Source: a virus. Taken from it: 44,214 nt of DNA. The stretch lies in IMG/VR virus record IMGVR_UViG_3300011563_000001, positions 1 to 44,214 of that record. One strand, written 5' to 3'. Under the pieces are notes generated by a model. That model worked only from the letters and a program-made list of their open reading frames with translations. It had not been told where the DNA came from and did no database searches. Made by a program: the position numbers and the translations under genes. This document shows positions 36,070 to 44,099 of this stretch, one piece after another. Numbering within the stretch: the stretch's first letter is position 1; each line of letters starts with the position of its first letter.

Positions 36070-37061
36070 TAATTAATGGGTTCCATATAAAAAAATAATG
36101 TGAATTGCTGGAACACCCTTAGAGCCTTTATAACTACAACGTAACTGGCAACGGTAAGCGTGATAGTTTGAAAATATAAAGGATTGGGCAATCAGCAGCC
36201 AAGTGTCTATGGTAAAAGTAGATGAAGGTTCAACGACTAAGTACTATCAATTGATAGGCAGTGCATTAAATATTCATTCATGCTATAATATCTATGACGA
36301 TAATAAAGGGGGCTACACATGGATATTTTAGGTAAGCAATTCAATTATTTAAAAGTTTTAGAATACAGTGGAAAGAATAAGCATAAAAAGAAATTATATA
36401 ATTGTTTATGTACAAGATGTGGTAACGAAAAGGTTATGATAGGAACAGAAGTTAAAAACGGTTATTCAAAGAGTTGTGGTTGTTTGTCACGAGACATCGC
36501 AAAAAATAGAAGTACTTCTCATGGCATGTCTAAAACCCTTATATATTCTAAATGGAAAGGCATGAAAAAGAGATGTTATCAAAAAACATATCAACACTAT
36601 AATTCATATGGTGGTAGAGGGATCGTGATGTGTGATGAATGGAAAAACGACTTTTTAGCATTTTATAATGATATGGGAGATATTCCGTTTGAAGGCGCTG
36701 AACTGGATAGAATAGACAACGACAAAGGTTACTATAAAGAGAACTGTCGATGGGTTAGCCACAAAGAAAATTCAAATAACCGAAGAAAATACAGTAATAA
36801 AACAGGATATACAGGAGTTACTTACAAACCACGATTGAACAAATACCAAGCACAATTATATAAAGACAAACGATTTTATTATTTGGGTGTTTTTGATACA
36901 GCCGAACAGGCTTATGCTGCTTACTTAAAAGCTAAAAATGAATATTAAGATATAGTCTAGTCTTACGTGAAAGCGTAAGGCTCTTTTTATAGAGCAATTT
37001 AACGTTATACAAGCATGATAAGAAATTATCATAGGGAAAGGCGTTAAGTTTAATACAAACG
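36070..37061 (+). mobile_element. Group I intron (992 nt) carrying a homing endonuclease ORF
   Basis: The 5' exon ends in U and the intron ends in G. Joining the exons restores GYYGA-QCWDLPNYLL. A P1 pairing with a U-G pair at the splice site can be drawn (36061-69 with 36079-87). GAAA-capped stems occur in the 3' part (CTTACG..CGTAAG and ATGATAA-GAAA-TTATCAT). Confidence 0.75.
36319..36948 (+). CDS. Intron-encoded HNH endonuclease with a C-terminal AP2 DNA-binding domain
   Basis: The HNH-like segment is ELDRIDNDKGYYKENCRWVSHKENSNN. The AP2-like segment is GYTGVTYKPRLNKYQAQLYKDKRFYYLGVFDTAEQAYAAY. Confidence 0.85.
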   Translation: MDILGKQFNYLKVLEYSGKNKHKKKLYNCLCTRCGNEKVMIGTEVKNGYSKSCGCLSRDIAKNRSTSHGMSKTLIYSKWKGMKKRCYQKTYQHYNSYGGRGIVMCDEWKNDFLAFYNDMGDIPFEGAELDRIDNDKGYYKENCRWVSHKENSNNRRKYSNKTGYTGVTYKPRLNKYQAQLYKDKRFYYLGVFDTAEQAYAAYLKAKNEY

Positions 37062-38852
37062 CAATGTTGGGACTTGCCTAACTACTTATTAAAGCGTTAT
37101 TGGGGTTTTACGACGTCTGGCAACGCTAAAGATATGGCGTGGTATAAATACCCTAGTGGTTTTCAAGTATTAAAAAATACACCTTCATTTGTCCCCAAAC
37201 CCGGGGACTTTGCTGTATGGCAACCAGGTTATGGAATAGGATATGCAGGTCATACAGCTATTGTAATCGGTCCTTCTACGACAAGTTATTTCTATAGCGT
37301 TGACCAAAATTGGAGGAATGCAAATGTATACAATGGTAGTCCAGGTTCTAAAGAAAAGCATTCATACAATGCGGTGTCACACTTTATTCGACCGCCATAC
37401 AAAGAAGAGCCTAAACAAACTGAACCAAAACCAACAGAACCAGACCCAACACCAAGCAAACCTGTACAAGATAATAAACCTAGTTACACCATAAAAGAAC
37501 GTACAGAAATCGAATATACGACTAAATATGAAGATGATAGATATATCGAAAGGATATTTCATAATATTGTCAAAAACGGTGTGCCTAAAGTAGGTAAATA
37601 CAAAGGCGTATTAATTAAAAATGGTAACACAATGAGGTCAGTTAGCAATATTTATAACGATAGAAATAAATTTAACGATAATTTAGAGTATCCACATTTT
37701 TATGTAGATACAAACAGAATGTGGTCTCCAAGAAATACTGATTACATTGTTCCTAGTCATCCAGATTATTTAGTAATCGAAATTGTTGAGGATTTATATA
37801 AGAATAATGAAAGTTATTTAAGAAACCAAGCAATTGGTTTGATTGTAGCTTATGAACAAGCAAAATTACTAGGTATAAAATTTGATGCTAATCATGTTAA
37901 AGCAGACAAATATGTATGGCGTTCTATGAAACAGTTAGTAGATTGGGATATGAATACGAAAGGTTTTCCAAGTAGTGATAAATATGATGAATTAGTCAAA
38001 AAATTCATAAGTATGTATGATGATGTTGAAAAAATTCTGGATGAAATTCCAAAAGATAAGGTAGAAAAAACAAAAGTAAAAGTCGCTAATACCAACAAAA
38101 ATAAAGATGATCAACCTATTAACGATGATACTAATGGAACAAATACTCCAAGCAAAAACACATCAACTAAAGTGACTACTGAAAAAAGTAAATATACTAC
38201 TACAGAAGCACTGAACAAGCAGATGTCTGTTCGCCCACAAGTTAGCAACGGTGTAGCCTGGTACAATGCATCAGTAACTCAAACAAGGAATGCTATGAAT
38301 GTAAACACCATTTGGAATAGCAAAACACAAGTATACCAAATGCTTGATTTAGGTAAGTATCAAGGTATTGCTGTATCTAAACTAAATGAATTGTTGAAAG
38401 GTAAAGGCTCATTATCTGGACAAGGTAAGGCGTTTGCAGAAGCTGGTAAGAAATACAGAATGAATGAGATTTATTTAATCGCTCACGCAATTTTAGAAAC
38501 AGGTAACGGAAGGTCTTATTTTGCTAGTGGTAATAGTGGTTACTTCAATATGTACGGCATTGGTGCTTTTGATAGTAATCCTAATAACGCTATTAGTTTT
38601 GCTAGAAATCAAGGATGGAATACAGCATCTAAAGCGATAATAGGTGGCGCTAGATTCATTAGGCAAGACTATATAGATATCGGTCAAAACACATTATATC
38701 GTATGAGATGGAATCCTAAGAAACCAGCTACACATCAATATGCAACTGATATCAAATGGTGTCAACACCAAGCTACTACTATTAAACAATACTACACAAA
38801 AATTGGACTTAAAGGACAATATTTTATTAGAGATAAATACAAAAATTCCTAA
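37062..38852 (+). CDS. Exon 2 of the virion-associated peptidoglycan hydrolase (rest of CHAP, linker, GH73 glucosaminidase)
   Basis: The frame is open from 37062 and begins QCWDLPNYLLKRYWGF. The CHAP His region is YAGHTAIVIG. The GH73 motifs are LIAHAILETGNG, YFNMYGIGAFD and YATD. Confidence 0.85.
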   Translation, partial: QCWDLPNYLLKRYWGFTTSGNAKDMAWYKYPSGFQVLKNTPSFVPKPGDFAVWQPGYGIGYAGHTAIVIGPSTTSYFYSVDQNWRNANVYNGSPGSKEKHSYNAVSHFIRPPYKEEPKQTEPKPTEPDPTPSKPVQDNKPSYTIKERTEIEYTTKYEDDRYIERIFHNIVKNGVPKVGKYKGVLIKNGNTMRSVSNIYNDRNKFNDNLEYPHFYVDTNRMWSPRNTDYIVPSHPDYLVIEIVEDLYKNNESYLRNQAIGLIVAYEQAKLLGIKFDANHVKADKYVWRSMKQLVDWDMNTKGFPSSDKYDELVKKFISMYDDVEKILDEIPKDKVEKTKVKVANTNKNKDDQPINDDTNGTNTPSKNTSTKVTTEKSKYTTTEALNKQMSVRPQVSNGVAWYNASVTQTRNAMNVNTIWNSKTQVYQMLDLGKYQGIAVSKLNELLKGKGSLSGQGKAFAEAGKKYRMNEIYLIAHAILETGNGRSYFASGNSGYFNMYGIGAFDSNPNNAISFARNQGWNTASKAIIGGARFIRQDYIDIGQNTLYRMRWNPKKPATHQYATDIKWCQHQATTIKQYYTKIGLKGQYFIRDKYKNS

Positions 38853-38863
38853 GGAGTGATTAA

Positions 38864-41092
38864 ATGACAGTGTTTAAAAATAAGGATATAGATGTTAATG
38901 TTAACGAACATAATATTGATATCGGCGATATTGGAGCAAACTTTTATACAGAAGATAAAAGTACCAGCTATATTAGGATTAGAATAAAAAATAATAACGA
39001 AACTGTAAACTTAACAAATACTAATATGTTACCAAAATTAGACCTGTTCTTAAATGACGGGTCTATTTTTATGGATGAAGATGTAAAAATCATATTACCA
39101 GAACAAGGTTTAATCCAGTATAAAATTAGCGACAAAGTTATCAAACATCCAGGTGTTGTTAATGCTAAATTATTCCTAAAAAATCAATCTCAATCTGTAC
39201 ATGTAGCAAACTTTAAATTCTTTATAAAAGACAGCGGTATTGCTGATGCAGTTGAAAAAGAAATCACTGTAAATATAGTGGATGATAGTGTAAGGCGAAT
39301 TATTCAAAGTAACGCGATTGAGTTATTAGGTCAAGAATTCGAACAACGATTGAACGATGATGTCATAACACATTTAGAAAGTAAACCCGAATTATTTAAA
39401 GGGCCTAATGGAGATTCAATCACTGTAAAATCTAAAAGTACTAACACTGACGGTAACATAATCCTTACATTTTCCGATAATACTAGCATCGAAATACCTA
39501 AAGGAATAGACGGAAAAAATTTGAGGTTTACCGACTTAACGCCTTCTCAAAAATTAGAAATAAAAGGCGAAACTGGAAAACCTTTAACAGTAAAATATAA
39601 ATATACTAATTATGACGGAAATATAGTCCTAACATTTTCTGATGATACAACTATAGAAGTTCCTAAAGGAAAAGATTTAAAATTTAACGATTTAACAACT
39701 TCGCAAAAGCAAGAAATAAAAGGTGATAGTGGAGAGTCAATCACTGTGAAATCCAACACAATAAACAGCAAAGGAAATACATTAGTGGAATTCTCGGATG
39801 AATCTATTATAGAGATACCTAAAGGCAAAGATGGTAAAGACGGAAATGATGGCAAAGATTATACACAATCACTTTACAAAGTAGACCTACCACTTCCTAA
39901 ACCTTTTCAAGGTAGAAATTTAGTCGTCATATACAATCAATTTTTCGTTACTGTTAGGTTGGAAGGAAATGCAGACGGTAGTGAAAACAACATCACGCCT
40001 AATGACACAACTTTATTACAATTACCTGCTAATATACCTAGACCAGCAGACACTATGAGGGGTGTTATTACCTCTATTTCAGGAAATCAAACTACGCAAT
40101 ACACAGGGAATTTAGTTGTAAATAAAGCTGGCGTAGTGACTATAAAATTCGATAAAAACGGAAGTAACGTTAGCACTTACTTTGGTGGATCATTAAGTTA
40201 TCCAGCGGGGGCATTAACAACTGTAAATTTTAATAAAGGGTTCAGTAGAAAATATACTTTTCCTGAACCCAATGTATTAGTTGTACAAGGGTGCGATTAT
40301 TTAGATGGTTATATTTTCGGTGCAGTTGTTAAAAAAGGTGATAGCGATATAGCTAAAACCATACAAGTCATTGATACCAACAACTCAAATAATAGTTTTG
40401 TTGCACAAGGAGACTTGGGTGTAAGTATGGGTCACGCTAACGGTATGAGCGTTGTTGGTAAGTTTGGCAATGAATACTTAGTATATGTCACACACATGTA
40501 TAACCCAACCATTATTCCAGTGTACGTTGATGTTATTAATAAAACCGCAAGAATAGGTGAAGGTGTTATTACGTTACAAAATGAAACAGGCAATCAAATT
40601 AAAGCAAGTTCATTAGATTATTTCAGATATGAAAATAGTTCATATACATTCGGTGTATTCAGTATGGGTAAACACTATAAATTCATCATAAATAGCACGA
40701 ATTTAGATATACCACGAAATATAAAAGGTGAATCTATGTTTGAAATAGATAGTGTTAATCAAATTGCTAAAGATCGCCTTATTTTGTATGCAGATTTATT
40801 TAACCAAAATTCTACACATCAAAGCAATAGATTTGTTAACGGAAAATATTTAATGATACAACAAAACTGGAATTTTTCTAGTGTTATTGAGTATGAAGTA
40901 CAAATTGAAAGTAAATCATTAAAAAGAACAGGTCGATATTGGTCAGCTTATAAATCTAATAAAAAAAGATTTGAAATTGAATCGATATTTGAAATAGATG
41001 GTGTATTACACGGAAATGTTTCAGAAGAAAATTTCGACGGCACAGGTTATGACAATTATATTATATCGTTTGATTTACATGAAAATGAATAA
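38864..41092 (+). CDS. Tail fibre protein (BppU-like N-terminus, three internal repeats, short collagen-like G-x-x stretch, C-terminal globular domain)
   Basis: 742 aa. The repeat is GxSITVKS...GN(I/T)xLxFSDxxxIExPKG and occurs three times. It is followed by GKDGKDGNDGKD. Confidence 0.7.
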   Translation: MTVFKNKDIDVNVNEHNIDIGDIGANFYTEDKSTSYIRIRIKNNNETVNLTNTNMLPKLDLFLNDGSIFMDEDVKIILPEQGLIQYKISDKVIKHPGVVNAKLFLKNQSQSVHVANFKFFIKDSGIADAVEKEITVNIVDDSVRRIIQSNAIELLGQEFEQRLNDDVITHLESKPELFKGPNGDSITVKSKSTNTDGNIILTFSDNTSIEIPKGIDGKNLRFTDLTPSQKLEIKGETGKPLTVKYKYTNYDGNIVLTFSDDTTIEVPKGKDLKFNDLTTSQKQEIKGDSGESITVKSNTINSKGNTLVEFSDESIIEIPKGKDGKDGNDGKDYTQSLYKVDLPLPKPFQGRNLVVIYNQFFVTVRLEGNADGSENNITPNDTTLLQLPANIPRPADTMRGVITSISGNQTTQYTGNLVVNKAGVVTIKFDKNGSNVSTYFGGSLSYPAGALTTVNFNKGFSRKYTFPEPNVLVVQGCDYLDGYIFGAVVKKGDSDIAKTIQVIDTNNSNNSFVAQGDLGVSMGHANGMSVVGKFGNEYLVYVTHMYNPTIIPVYVDVINKTARIGEGVITLQNETGNQIKASSLDYFRYENSSYTFGVFSMGKHYKFIINSTNLDIPRNIKGESMFEIDSVNQIAKDRLILYADLFNQNSTHQSNRFVNGKYLMIQQNWNFSSVIEYEVQIESKSLKRTGRYWSAYKSNKKRFEIESIFEIDGVLHGNVSEENFDGTGYDNYIISFDLHENE
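39401..39860 (+). repeat. Three diverged tandem coding repeats (about 45-52 aa each) within the fibre gene
   Basis: The periodicity is clear in the translation. The DNA copies have diverged, so this is not a recent duplication. Confidence 0.7.
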
Positions 41093-41104
41093 GGAGGAGT
41101 TCAA

Positions 41105-41392
41105 ATGGATACAGGTACAATCGTAAGAACAATATTATTAATCATGGTATGGGTAAACCAAGTATTAGCATTAAATGGTGTGTCGCCTATACCCGTAGAT
41201 GAAGTGACAATCAGTACAGTTATTACAGGAATTGTTTCATTAGTTGCATGGTGGAAGAATAACAATTTCACTAAAGAGGCTAAATGGGGACAAGAAAAAA
41301 CAAACAAGTATAAAGCGCAAAAGAAAATGGCTAAAGCTACAGGATATGCACCAGTTACAGAAGAACCAATTGATGGATTAACAAATAAATAA
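41105..41392 (+). CDS. Holin
   Basis: 95 aa with two TM segments and a charged C-terminal tail, immediately upstream of the endolysin gene. Confidence 0.85.
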   Translation: MDTGTIVRTILLIMVWVNQVLALNGVSPIPVDEVTISTVITGIVSLVAWWKNNNFTKEAKWGQEKTNKYKAQKKMAKATGYAPVTEEPIDGLTNK

Positions 41393-41400
41393 AATTTTTA

Positions 41401-41431
41401 AGGGTGACTCAATTATGAGTCGCCCTTTTTT
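41401..41431 (+). terminator. Rho-independent terminator-like hairpin between holin and endolysin
   Basis: The stem is AGGGTGACTC / GAGTCGCCCT (one G-U pair) with loop AATTAT, followed by TTTTT. Confidence 0.65.
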
Positions 41432-41445
41432 AATGAGGTGAATAA

Positions 41446-42834
41446 ATGAAGACACAAGCAGAATCGGTTAAATACATCAATGCAATGGAAGGTACGTTTG
41501 TTGATTTTGATTTAGCGTATGGTTATCAATGTTATGATGTTGCTAACAAGTATTGGTATTATGTAACAGGTCGTAAGTTATATGGGTTATATGCTAAAGA
41601 CATACCTAAAGATAATAATTTCAAAGGTTATGCGACAGTGTATGAAAACAAACCGTCATTCTTGCCTTTGCCAGGTGATTTAGTTGTTTGGAATGGTAAT
41701 TACGGTGAAGGATGTGGACACGTTGCAGTTGTCACACAAGCGACCTTATCACAATTTCAAGTTATAGAGAATAATTGGCTTGGTGGTGGTTGGGTAAATG
41801 GTAAACCAGGTTGGGAAAAAGCAACTAGACGTTGGCATACATTTGATTTTCCTATGTGGTTTATTCGTCCACATTACGCTAAATCAACAACAGTTGTTAA
41901 GAAAGTGGCAAGTGTAGTTAAACCTAAAGTTAAAGCAACTAAAAAGAAATTTGTACTTGTTGCAGGTCATGGATATAACGATCCAGGCGCAGTTGGTAAT
42001 GGCACTAACGAACGTGACTTTATCCGTAAGAATATTATTGATAATGTGGCGAAATACTTACGTTCAGCAGGTCATACAGTAACGTTATACGATAAGAAAC
42101 AAGATATGTATCAAGATACTGCATACGGATATAATCGTGGTGATACGAAGAACTATGGGCTATACTGGGTTAAGAATAAACTTAAACCAGATGCTGTAAT
42201 AGAGTTTCATTTAGATAGCGCAGGTGCGAGTGCGAGTGGTGGTCACGTTATTAAAAATGCTTATGCAGCTGATAGTATAGATAAAGGTATACAAAAATCC
42301 TTAGAAGACACAGTAGGCACAATCAGAGGTATAACAACTAGAAATGACTTACTTAATGTCAACGTAGCATATAATCAAAATATTAACTATCGTTTAGTCG
42401 AGTTAGGGTTTATCACAAGTAAGAAAGATATGGACTATATCAAGAAGAACCTACAAGCATTTACTAAACGTATAGCTGAGGGTATTCATGGTAAGCCAAT
42501 AGGTGGTACGCCTGCAGGTAAAAGTAAAAAGACTACATGGAATTGGAAAGGTCGATTTACTGCGAACACAACTATTAAAGTAAGGAAGTCGGCAAGTTTA
42601 ACTGATGATAAAAATGTAGTAAATAAAGGTTCATGGATTAAAAAAGGTCAATGGATTGACTTCGTTCAATTAATAAAAGTTACAAAAGGTAAAAATAAAT
42701 ATTGGATGGCAAAATTTAAATTCCCAACTAACCCTAAATCAGGTTACTTCTATACTACATTAGGTGAAGTAACAGATAAAAACGAGAAAATTAAGAGTGA
42801 GAAAAAGTTGTACGGTAAAATTAAATGGAAGTAG
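41446..42834 (+). CDS. Endolysin: CHAP + amidase_3 (MurNAc-L-Ala amidase) + SH3b
   Basis: The CHAP motifs are YGYQCYDVANKYW and CGHVAVV. The amidase_3 motifs are VLVAGHGYNDPGAVGNGTNERDF and EFHLDS. The C-terminal region is SH3_5-like. Confidence 0.95.
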   Translation: MKTQAESVKYINAMEGTFVDFDLAYGYQCYDVANKYWYYVTGRKLYGLYAKDIPKDNNFKGYATVYENKPSFLPLPGDLVVWNGNYGEGCGHVAVVTQATLSQFQVIENNWLGGGWVNGKPGWEKATRRWHTFDFPMWFIRPHYAKSTTVVKKVASVVKPKVKATKKKFVLVAGHGYNDPGAVGNGTNERDFIRKNIIDNVAKYLRSAGHTVTLYDKKQDMYQDTAYGYNRGDTKNYGLYWVKNKLKPDAVIEFHLDSAGASASGGHVIKNAYAADSIDKGIQKSLEDTVGTIRGITTRNDLLNVNVAYNQNINYRLVELGFITSKKDMDYIKKNLQAFTKRIAEGIHGKPIGGTPAGKSKKTTWNWKGRFTANTTIKVRKSASLTDDKNVVNKGSWIKKGQWIDFVQLIKVTKGKNKYWMAKFKFPTNPKSGYFYTTLGEVTDKNEKIKSEKKLYGKIKWK

Positions 42835-42840
42835 TAAACA

Positions 42841-42849
42841 TGGTATAAT
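42841..42849 (+). promoter_or_regulatory. Extended -10 promoter element TGgTATAAT (copy 1)
   Basis: It is part of a 13-bp motif AACATGGTATAAT that is repeated at 42952-64. It lies 7 nt after the endolysin stop. Confidence 0.35.
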
Positions 42850-42855
42850 CAATTT

Positions 42856-42932
42856 AGCTATTGCTCGGTTACGACTGAACCGTCGTACATTGCAAAACCC
42901 TATCTAGCGGAAACTAGGTAGGGTTACTTTTT
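42856..42932 (+). ncRNA. Candidate small RNA of about 75-80 nt, or a structured 3' UTR
   Basis: It lies between the extended -10 at 42841-49 and the terminator at 42897-42932. It contains no ORF and has an internal hairpin CGGTT-N7-AACCG. Confidence 0.2.
42897..42932 (+). terminator. Rho-independent terminator of the lysis operon
   Basis: The stem is ACCCTATCTAG / CTAGGTAGGGT (one G-U pair) with loop CGGAAA, followed by TACTTTTT. Confidence 0.7.
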
Positions 42933-42955
42933 GTGCGTAAAATTACCTAATAACA

Positions 42956-42964
42956 TGGTATAAT
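42956..42964 (+). promoter_or_regulatory. Extended -10 promoter element TGgTATAAT (copy 2) for the 73-aa accessory gene
   Basis: It lies 22 nt upstream of the ATG at 42987, with the RBS AGAGG in between. Confidence 0.5.
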
Positions 42965-42986
42965 ACACTTAAAAAGAGGTGTTTGT

Positions 42987-43208
42987 ATGTACATGCTATT
43001 TGAACATATATGGGATTATGAAAATTCGAAAACTAATGTAATATGCGTTAGTGAAAATAAAGAGAATATTACAAGCATTTTATCAAAATATAAATTCAAT
43101 AGAGTATTAGAATTTGAAGATAGAGTTATATATGAACTAGAAGATAGATATTTCATACTAGTTCATACCATTAAAGATAATTACCTAAAAAAAGAGGTAG
43201 TTATATGA
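42987..43208 (+). CDS. Hypothetical accessory (moron-like) protein
   Basis: 73-aa ORF with its own promoter and a shared bidirectional terminator. Confidence 0.65.
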   Translation: MYMLFEHIWDYENSKTNVICVSENKENITSILSKYKFNRVLEFEDRVIYELEDRYFILVHTIKDNYLKKEVVI

Positions 43209-43243
43209 AGAAGTTGAAACATTAAAGGTTCAGAAATAGTTAA

Positions 43244-43271
43244 ACCCACCAATTAAGGTGGGTCTTTTTTT
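43244..43271. terminator. Bidirectional terminator between convergent accessory genes
   Basis: The stem is ACCCACC / GGTGGGT with loop AATTAA, followed by CTTTTTTT on the plus strand. Confidence 0.7.
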
Positions 43272-43545
43272 ATATCAGTCCTTCACGTTCGACTTCATTT
43301 AATTTATGCATATTAACTAAAAAATCGTGTTCTCCAGATTTTTGAATAGGCATTTCAATTATTCCCGAATACAGAAAAACTTGTAGAATATTAGAAACAT
43401 CTTTGTCATCATGCCCTTTTTGATAGACTCTGTCTTTCAAATCTTGAATACTCGTTATTTCTTCTCTAAATATTGAATTAGTAATAACCTTTACAACTTC
43501 TTTATCGTAATTGTGTATTTCCCGATTGATTTTTATCCCCTCCAT
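43270..43545 (-). CDS. Hypothetical protein, second gene of the SOS-box operon
   Basis: 91-aa ORF beginning 9 bp after the YolD-like gene. No motif was recognised. Confidence 0.7.
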   Translation of the reverse strand: MEGIKINREIHNYDKEVVKVITNSIFREEITSIQDLKDRVYQKGHDDKDVSNILQVFLYSGIIEMPIQKSGEHDFLVNMHKLNEVEREGLI

Positions 43546-43554
43546 ATTTCAATT

Positions 43555-43974
43555 CTACTCTATCCCCACAATACAATCCATACTCAACAATACTTTTTCT
43601 CCATTTTCTAATACCTCTAACTTATTACGCTCACTATCAAACTTATTTATCTCACACTCAATTATTTTGTAATAACCATTCTCCCAATACTTAATTGTAG
43701 CTGGCGGATCATAAAATAATTTCTGCGCTAACACATCGTTTAAATCACGTAATGCTAATTTATCGAACACAGGCTTATCTACTTTGTTTTGGTCTTCGAT
43801 AAAACCGTTAATCGTTTCATATTGTTGTGGCACACTAGCAAATGGTGCCCACTTAATCATGCCTCTACCTTTAGGAATGTTCTTATTGAGATATTCTTTA
43901 GGTATCTTGCGATAATCTGTTTCATACTTATAAGGCTCGGGCATACCAGGGTTAATGATTTTCAATTTAAACAC
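43555..43974 (-). CDS. YolD-like protein
   Basis: The core is GRGMIKWAPFASVPQQYE...VDKPVFDKLALRDLNDVL...IKYWENGYY...LSMDCIVGIE, which matches my memory of the YolD family pattern RGxIKWxPF. The likely start is the TTG at 43965, 6 nt after GAGGTG, rather than the GTG at 43974. Confidence 0.65.
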   Translation of the reverse strand: MFKLKIINPGMPEPYKYETDYRKIPKEYLNKNIPKGRGMIKWAPFASVPQQYETINGFIEDQNKVDKPVFDKLALRDLNDVLAQKLFYDPPATIKYWENGYYKIIECEINKFDSERNKLEVLENGEKVLLSMDCIVGIE

Positions 43975-43996
43975 CTCACGTATAATTTGTAGTTTT

Positions 43997-44026
43997 ATTA
44001 TACGAACAAATGTTCTGTTTTGTAAA
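43997..44026 (-). promoter_or_regulatory. Sigma-A promoter with an embedded LexA (Cheo) box
   Basis: On the minus strand: TTTACA (44021-26), an 18-nt spacer, TATAAT (43997-44002). The spacer contains GAACATTTGTTC, which reads CGAACAAATGTTCT on the plus strand at 44003-16 and abuts the -10 box. Confidence 0.65.
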
Positions 44027-44055
44027 GTGATACTATTGATAAATTTTTAATTATT

Positions 44056-44075
44056 TTGGTCACAAACAGGTCGCA
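44056..44075. promoter_or_regulatory. Candidate integrase arm-type site(s) on the opposite arm
   Basis: TTGGTCACA lies at 44056-64, with a degenerate AGGTCGCA at 44068-75. Confidence 0.35.
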
Positions 44076-44099
44076 AAATAAGTGTAACAACGGTTATTA

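Noticed and set aside
37074-37076. The TTG at 37074 could be an independent start for a truncated hydrolase.
   Set aside because: A start there would remove the CHAP catalytic Cys. The frame remains open upstream to 37062 and joins exon 1 in frame and in motif. No RBS precedes the TTG.
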